Of a stretch of 64,000 bases of DNA, positions 60,821 to 64,000 are shown one piece after another. Positions within the stretch are counted from its first letter, which is position 1. Each line of letters opens with the position of its first letter. The stretch is taken from the NCBI GenBank assembly GCA_964635715.1, contig CAZWNZ010000001.1, positions 10,358 through 74,357 of the forward strand, given 5' to 3'. The stretch comes from an uncultured Gammaproteobacteria bacterium (lineage in GTDB: Bacteria > Patescibacteriota > Microgenomatia > UBA8517). Below the pieces are notes generated by a model, which saw only the letters and a list, made by a program, of their open reading frames with translations, did not search any database and was not told the origin of the DNA. A program made the translations under genes and the position numbers.

Positions 60821-60826
60821 AAATAT

Positions 60827-61423
60827 ATGAAAAAACCTGTTAGCAAAATCGGAACAATTTTAATAATAATAGCCACAGTCATTCTGGCTGGAATTGCGAT
60901 TTTTACAGCCTACAGATTGTATCAACTTAGACAAACCTCTGTCGCACCTAATGTTCCCAGCAGCATGCCAAAGGCTGAAGAATCAACTGCAAGCCCTGCT
61001 CCCACTAGCAATTGTTCCCTATCGTTTACCATATCGACATCCACTCCTACCACTACAGCCACAGCTACAGCTACTGCAACAGCCACAGCAACTGCGACGG
61101 CTACAGCTACTGCAACAGCCACGCCAACTTCATCCGGTACTCCGAACTCTTGCGGTGGAACTTGTGGAAGTAATACTAATTGTGGATCAGGTCTTTACTG
61201 TTATAACGGTTACTGTCGTAATCCATCGTGTTCTAATGAAATAGATTGTGTCTGTCCGACAGGCACCTCTACGGCCACAGCAACTGCGACAGCAAAAAGT
61301 TCCACCCCAACTTCTACACCTGAAGAAGTCACTCTTCCCGAGTCAGGTACAGGCTGGACGACTTTCATGGGTATCGGAGTCGGAATGTTGGTTGTTCTAG
61401 GATCAATTCTTTTAGCTCTCTAA
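60827..61423 (+). CDS. Thr/Ala-rich Cys-knot surface protein with LPESG sortase signal
   Basis: N-terminal TM, (TA)n, CGGTCGSNTNCGSGLYC..CRNPSC, LPESG followed by hydrophobic C-terminus. Confidence 0.75.
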   Translation: MKKPVSKIGTILIIIATVILAGIAIFTAYRLYQLRQTSVAPNVPSSMPKAEESTASPAPTSNCSLSFTISTSTPTTTATATATATATATATATATATATPTSSGTPNSCGGTCGSNTNCGSGLYCYNGYCRNPSCSNEIDCVCPTGTSTATATATAKSSTPTSTPEEVTLPESGTGWTTFMGIGVGMLVVLGSILLAL

Positions 61424-61430
61424 TTTCATT

Positions 61431-61718
61431 GTGAATAAAATTACAAACTTTCTGAAACCAGGCATCGAATTTGCCAAAACAAATTTAGATACCATTATCG
61501 TTGTTCTTATCTCAGTCGGAATTTTCTTTCTTGGATACTATGTTACTGTTTATTCACTAGGAAAGCTGAAACCAAAGATCGTTTCTTATTATCCTTTTGA
61601 TAAATTTTTCCCAAAATCTGGGCGTTGGTCCGTGATGTATTTTTTAATTACAGTTCTTCTTTTGGGAGCTCTGGTTTATATAATTATAAAGGGAGGCTTC
61701 TATCTAGCACCGGCTTAA
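61431..61718 (+). CDS. Small two-TM membrane protein
   Basis: Two hydrophobic helices. Confidence 0.55.
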   Translation: MNKITNFLKPGIEFAKTNLDTIIVVLISVGIFFLGYYVTVYSLGKLKPKIVSYYPFDKFFPKSGRWSVMYFLITVLLLGALVYIIIKGGFYLAPA

Positions 61719-61720
61719 AA

Positions 61721-64000
61721 TTATCTCCAGCTTGCTACCCAGTAGTAACTTTTGTCTAACCAAAGTGGAACTTGGAGTCCTGCCCAGTGTGGATAAAAAT
61801 AAATAAATGACAAAATGCAAATAGGCACAACGAAATACATTGCCTTTGGAAATCGTCTTAGTAAATAACCTATTGCAATACTCATAAATGGTATCGAGGG
61901 AAGATAGTGATAGAAAAACATTATCCTGGGAGATGCTGCCCACGGAGCAAAAAATATTAAATAACTAAATACCACAAAACCAAGCCTTTTATTTTTTTCA
62001 AGATAGGAAAAAACCGCACACAAGCAAATTGAGGCAATCCCAATCCAAAAAACAAAGGGATTACCCATTGCATATATTCGGGAAACCACCCCTCCGATTT
62101 CACTACTTGTGTAAAGATAAATTGGTCGAATCAAAAACGGCCAGGTCCACCATGAAGATGTGTAAGGATGTGTGGCTTCTAAGCCTGTGTGATACCACCA
62201 TATTTGCTTCTGCATGCCCCACCATATAGTCAAATTGTGCCCTGTTGTAAACATCGGTAAGTAGGATAAAAGGTAAATGATAAAAGGTAAAAGTAAAAAC
62301 CAAAGAATTGAGGGATTAAACTTATTTTTTCTTTTAAGCCATAGAACAAAAATTATCGGAGCCGCCCAAAGAGCTGACCACTTGGAAGAAAGTGCCAAAC
62401 CATAAAAAATAGCCGAAAAAAGATCTTTTTGTTTCATGAACATATAGATCGACAGGAGAGAAAAGAAAAGAATGTAGCTATCATTCATACCTATTCTATT
62501 CATAACCAAGGGAAGTCCGTCCAGCGAAAAAACTCCGGCAGAAATAAGACCAACAGTCTCATCTTTAAATATTTTCTTTGCTATTAAATAGATCAAATAA
62601 ACCGACCCTACACCCAAAATGGCGCCCGGGATTCTCCAACCAAATGAATTTTGGCCAAAAATGCTCATTCCAAGAACCATTCCAAGTTTTGCCAATGGCG
62701 GGTGTGTCCACTCATAAGCAAAGCCCTCAGGAGGAGTATTCCACCACTCCCAAGCCTTGGCAGAATCTTCTCCCATCATTGTTACTGCGGTAAAAGCATG
62801 ATAGACCTCGTCAAAATACATTTCCGTAGGACTCCCCAAGTTAAACACACGGACGGCAAAGGCGAAGGCTAAAATCACATAAAGAATGTACTTGGATTTA
62901 ATTTTCGAAAGTTTGATTTCAGGTAAATTGGAAATGTCCTGTGTTCGATCTTCTTTTCTAGAACCTGAAAAAAAGCGATTAATATGTAACCGCATTTTCT
63001 TCCAACCGATCTTGTAATTTTTAAAGATAACAATAAACATATATACCAAAAGTCCCACACCAACTACTTCGATAAATTTGACCAGAAGCTCAGGATAAAC
63101 TTCTACAAAATCATTAACAATCCATTGATAGGAATAAATAAGATTTAACAAATAAATTACTGAATAGCCGGCATAAGGAATAATAAATAAAGGATTTTCG
63201 ATCGTCAAAATTGCCAGAGGCGCAAATACAGGCAAGAGATGTCTTTCATGCATCCTGGTAAAAAACATAAAACTTGCCGCAAACACAAAGGCTATTAGAC
63301 TATAATAATTGATCTTGGTTTTAAATTTTTTAATTATTAAAAGTGCCGTCATTGCCAAAACAAAAATATAACCTCCGAATTGAAAATAAATATTATCCGG
63401 CTTCCAAAAACCAAAAAGTCCCCAGAAATTAAAAGAGTTTACTGAAGTATAAGGATATTGCCCCGCAGAAAGATTTAGGCGGCTAAGTATAAATGGAATT
63501 AAGTCTCCCTTAGCAAAAGGCACAAATCCCAAAATAAACAGAGCCATCCCCACAAAAACATACTGAATCATTTTTGCAAAACTCCATTTATTCTTAATCA
63601 TCATTAACACAATAATAGGCAAAATAAACGCTGCCTGAGGCTTTATTAAAGTTCCAACAGAAAGAATAATTGCAGATAAAATAAAATTACTATTCAGGAA
63701 ATATACTACAGCGACGGATGCAAGTGCGGTTAAAGAGTCTACTTGCCCCCAAAGTGAAGAATTTATAAAAACCGCCGGATTAAAAATATAGATTAAAGAT
63801 CCGATAAATCCCCATTTTTGGTTTTTATTTTTTGCTAAAATTTTATATATCAAATAACCCGTCAAAAGGTCTGCAAAAATTGCCGGTAATTTATAAAGCA
63901 TAACTTGCGGAATAATTCCTAACAGATTCACTTTTTCTAACAACCGAAGAATATATAAATATCCGGGTAGGTAATCGCACCAGGAACTGTAGAAATTTTT
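61721..64000 (-). CDS. Fused double GT-C glycosyltransferase with C-terminal PMT-like protein O-mannosyltransferase domain; 5' end beyond window
   Basis: Frame open to window end (..WCDYLPGYLYIL..); N-half WGQVDS, KPQ, RMHERH; C-half YFDEVYH, HPPLAK, HPYTSSWWTWP, GNP, FFYHYLP. Confidence 0.85.
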   Translation of the reverse strand, partial: KNFYSSWCDYLPGYLYILRLLEKVNLLGIIPQVMLYKLPAIFADLLTGYLIYKILAKNKNQKWGFIGSLIYIFNPAVFINSSLWGQVDSLTALASVAVVYFLNSNFILSAIILSVGTLIKPQAAFILPIIVLMMIKNKWSFAKMIQYVFVGMALFILGFVPFAKGDLIPFILSRLNLSAGQYPYTSVNSFNFWGLFGFWKPDNIYFQFGGYIFVLAMTALLIIKKFKTKINYYSLIAFVFAASFMFFTRMHERHLLPVFAPLAILTIENPLFIIPYAGYSVIYLLNLIYSYQWIVNDFVEVYPELLVKFIEVVGVGLLVYMFIVIFKNYKIGWKKMRLHINRFFSGSRKEDRTQDISNLPEIKLSKIKSKYILYVILAFAFAVRVFNLGSPTEMYFDEVYHAFTAVTMMGEDSAKAWEWWNTPPEGFAYEWTHPPLAKLGMVLGMSIFGQNSFGWRIPGAILGVGSVYLIYLIAKKIFKDETVGLISAGVFSLDGLPLVMNRIGMNDSYILFFSLLSIYMFMKQKDLFSAIFYGLALSSKWSALWAAPIIFVLWLKRKNKFNPSILWFLLLPFIIYLLSYLPMFTTGHNLTIWWGMQKQIWWYHTGLEATHPYTSSWWTWPFLIRPIYLYTSSEIGGVVSRIYAMGNPFVFWIGIASICLCAVFSYLEKNKRLGFVVFSYLIFFAPWAASPRIMFFYHYLPSIPFMSIAIGYLLRRFPKAMYFVVPICILSFIYFYPHWAGLQVPLWLDKSYYWVASWR

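Noticed and set aside
61045-61125. (ACAGCN)n array as a separate repeat element
   Set aside because: Third positions vary, so it is a protein-level Thr-Ala linker
1-64000. Alternative genetic code 25, tRNA/rRNA genes or introns in r-protein genes
   Set aside because: TGA is used as a normal stop (rpsE, rplE, ftsK), core genes are uninterrupted, and no cloverleaf or rRNA signature was noticed by eye

Overview
AT-rich chromosomal segment of a Patescibacteria/CPR bacterium, most likely Microgenomates. This assignment is inferred from no rpmD between rpsE and rplO, short AlaS and IF2, a protease-less Lon, and sortase, baseplate-J-like and pilus genes; standard code 11 is used. Most of the minus strand is core machinery: spc/S10 ribosomal cluster, tuf, fusA, rpsG, rpsL, rpoC, rpoB, the mltG-ruvX-alaS region, ftsK, rnj, udg, pnp, rpsO, infB, nusA, hrcA-grpE-dnaK-dnaJ with a CIRCE, and murJ. 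A plus-strand surface-protein cluster follows (PilN/PilO-like, LPESG sortase substrates, Cys-rich proteins), then a double GT-C glycosyltransferase. The most striking feature is three divergent TrpR/YerC-like HTH genes (1569, 18324, 49223). Each lies antisense within or next to a highly expressed operon and is bracketed by two direct copies of its own 26-30 bp palindrome with 8-bp periodicity. In two cassettes the only differences between the copies build a -10 promoter element in the upstream copy. A solo perfect copy of the third palindrome lies 8.5 kb away, just upstream of udg. This looks like an undescribed self-bracketing repressor cassette system, either mobile or acting as an autoregulated roadblock. 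Other observations: inverted 7/8-mer repeat arrays linked to a four-helix-bundle pseudogene, REP-like palindromes translated in frame within essential proteins, widespread leaderless-type promoters, and several fresh pseudogenes. All product calls are from motif recognition by eye, without database searches.
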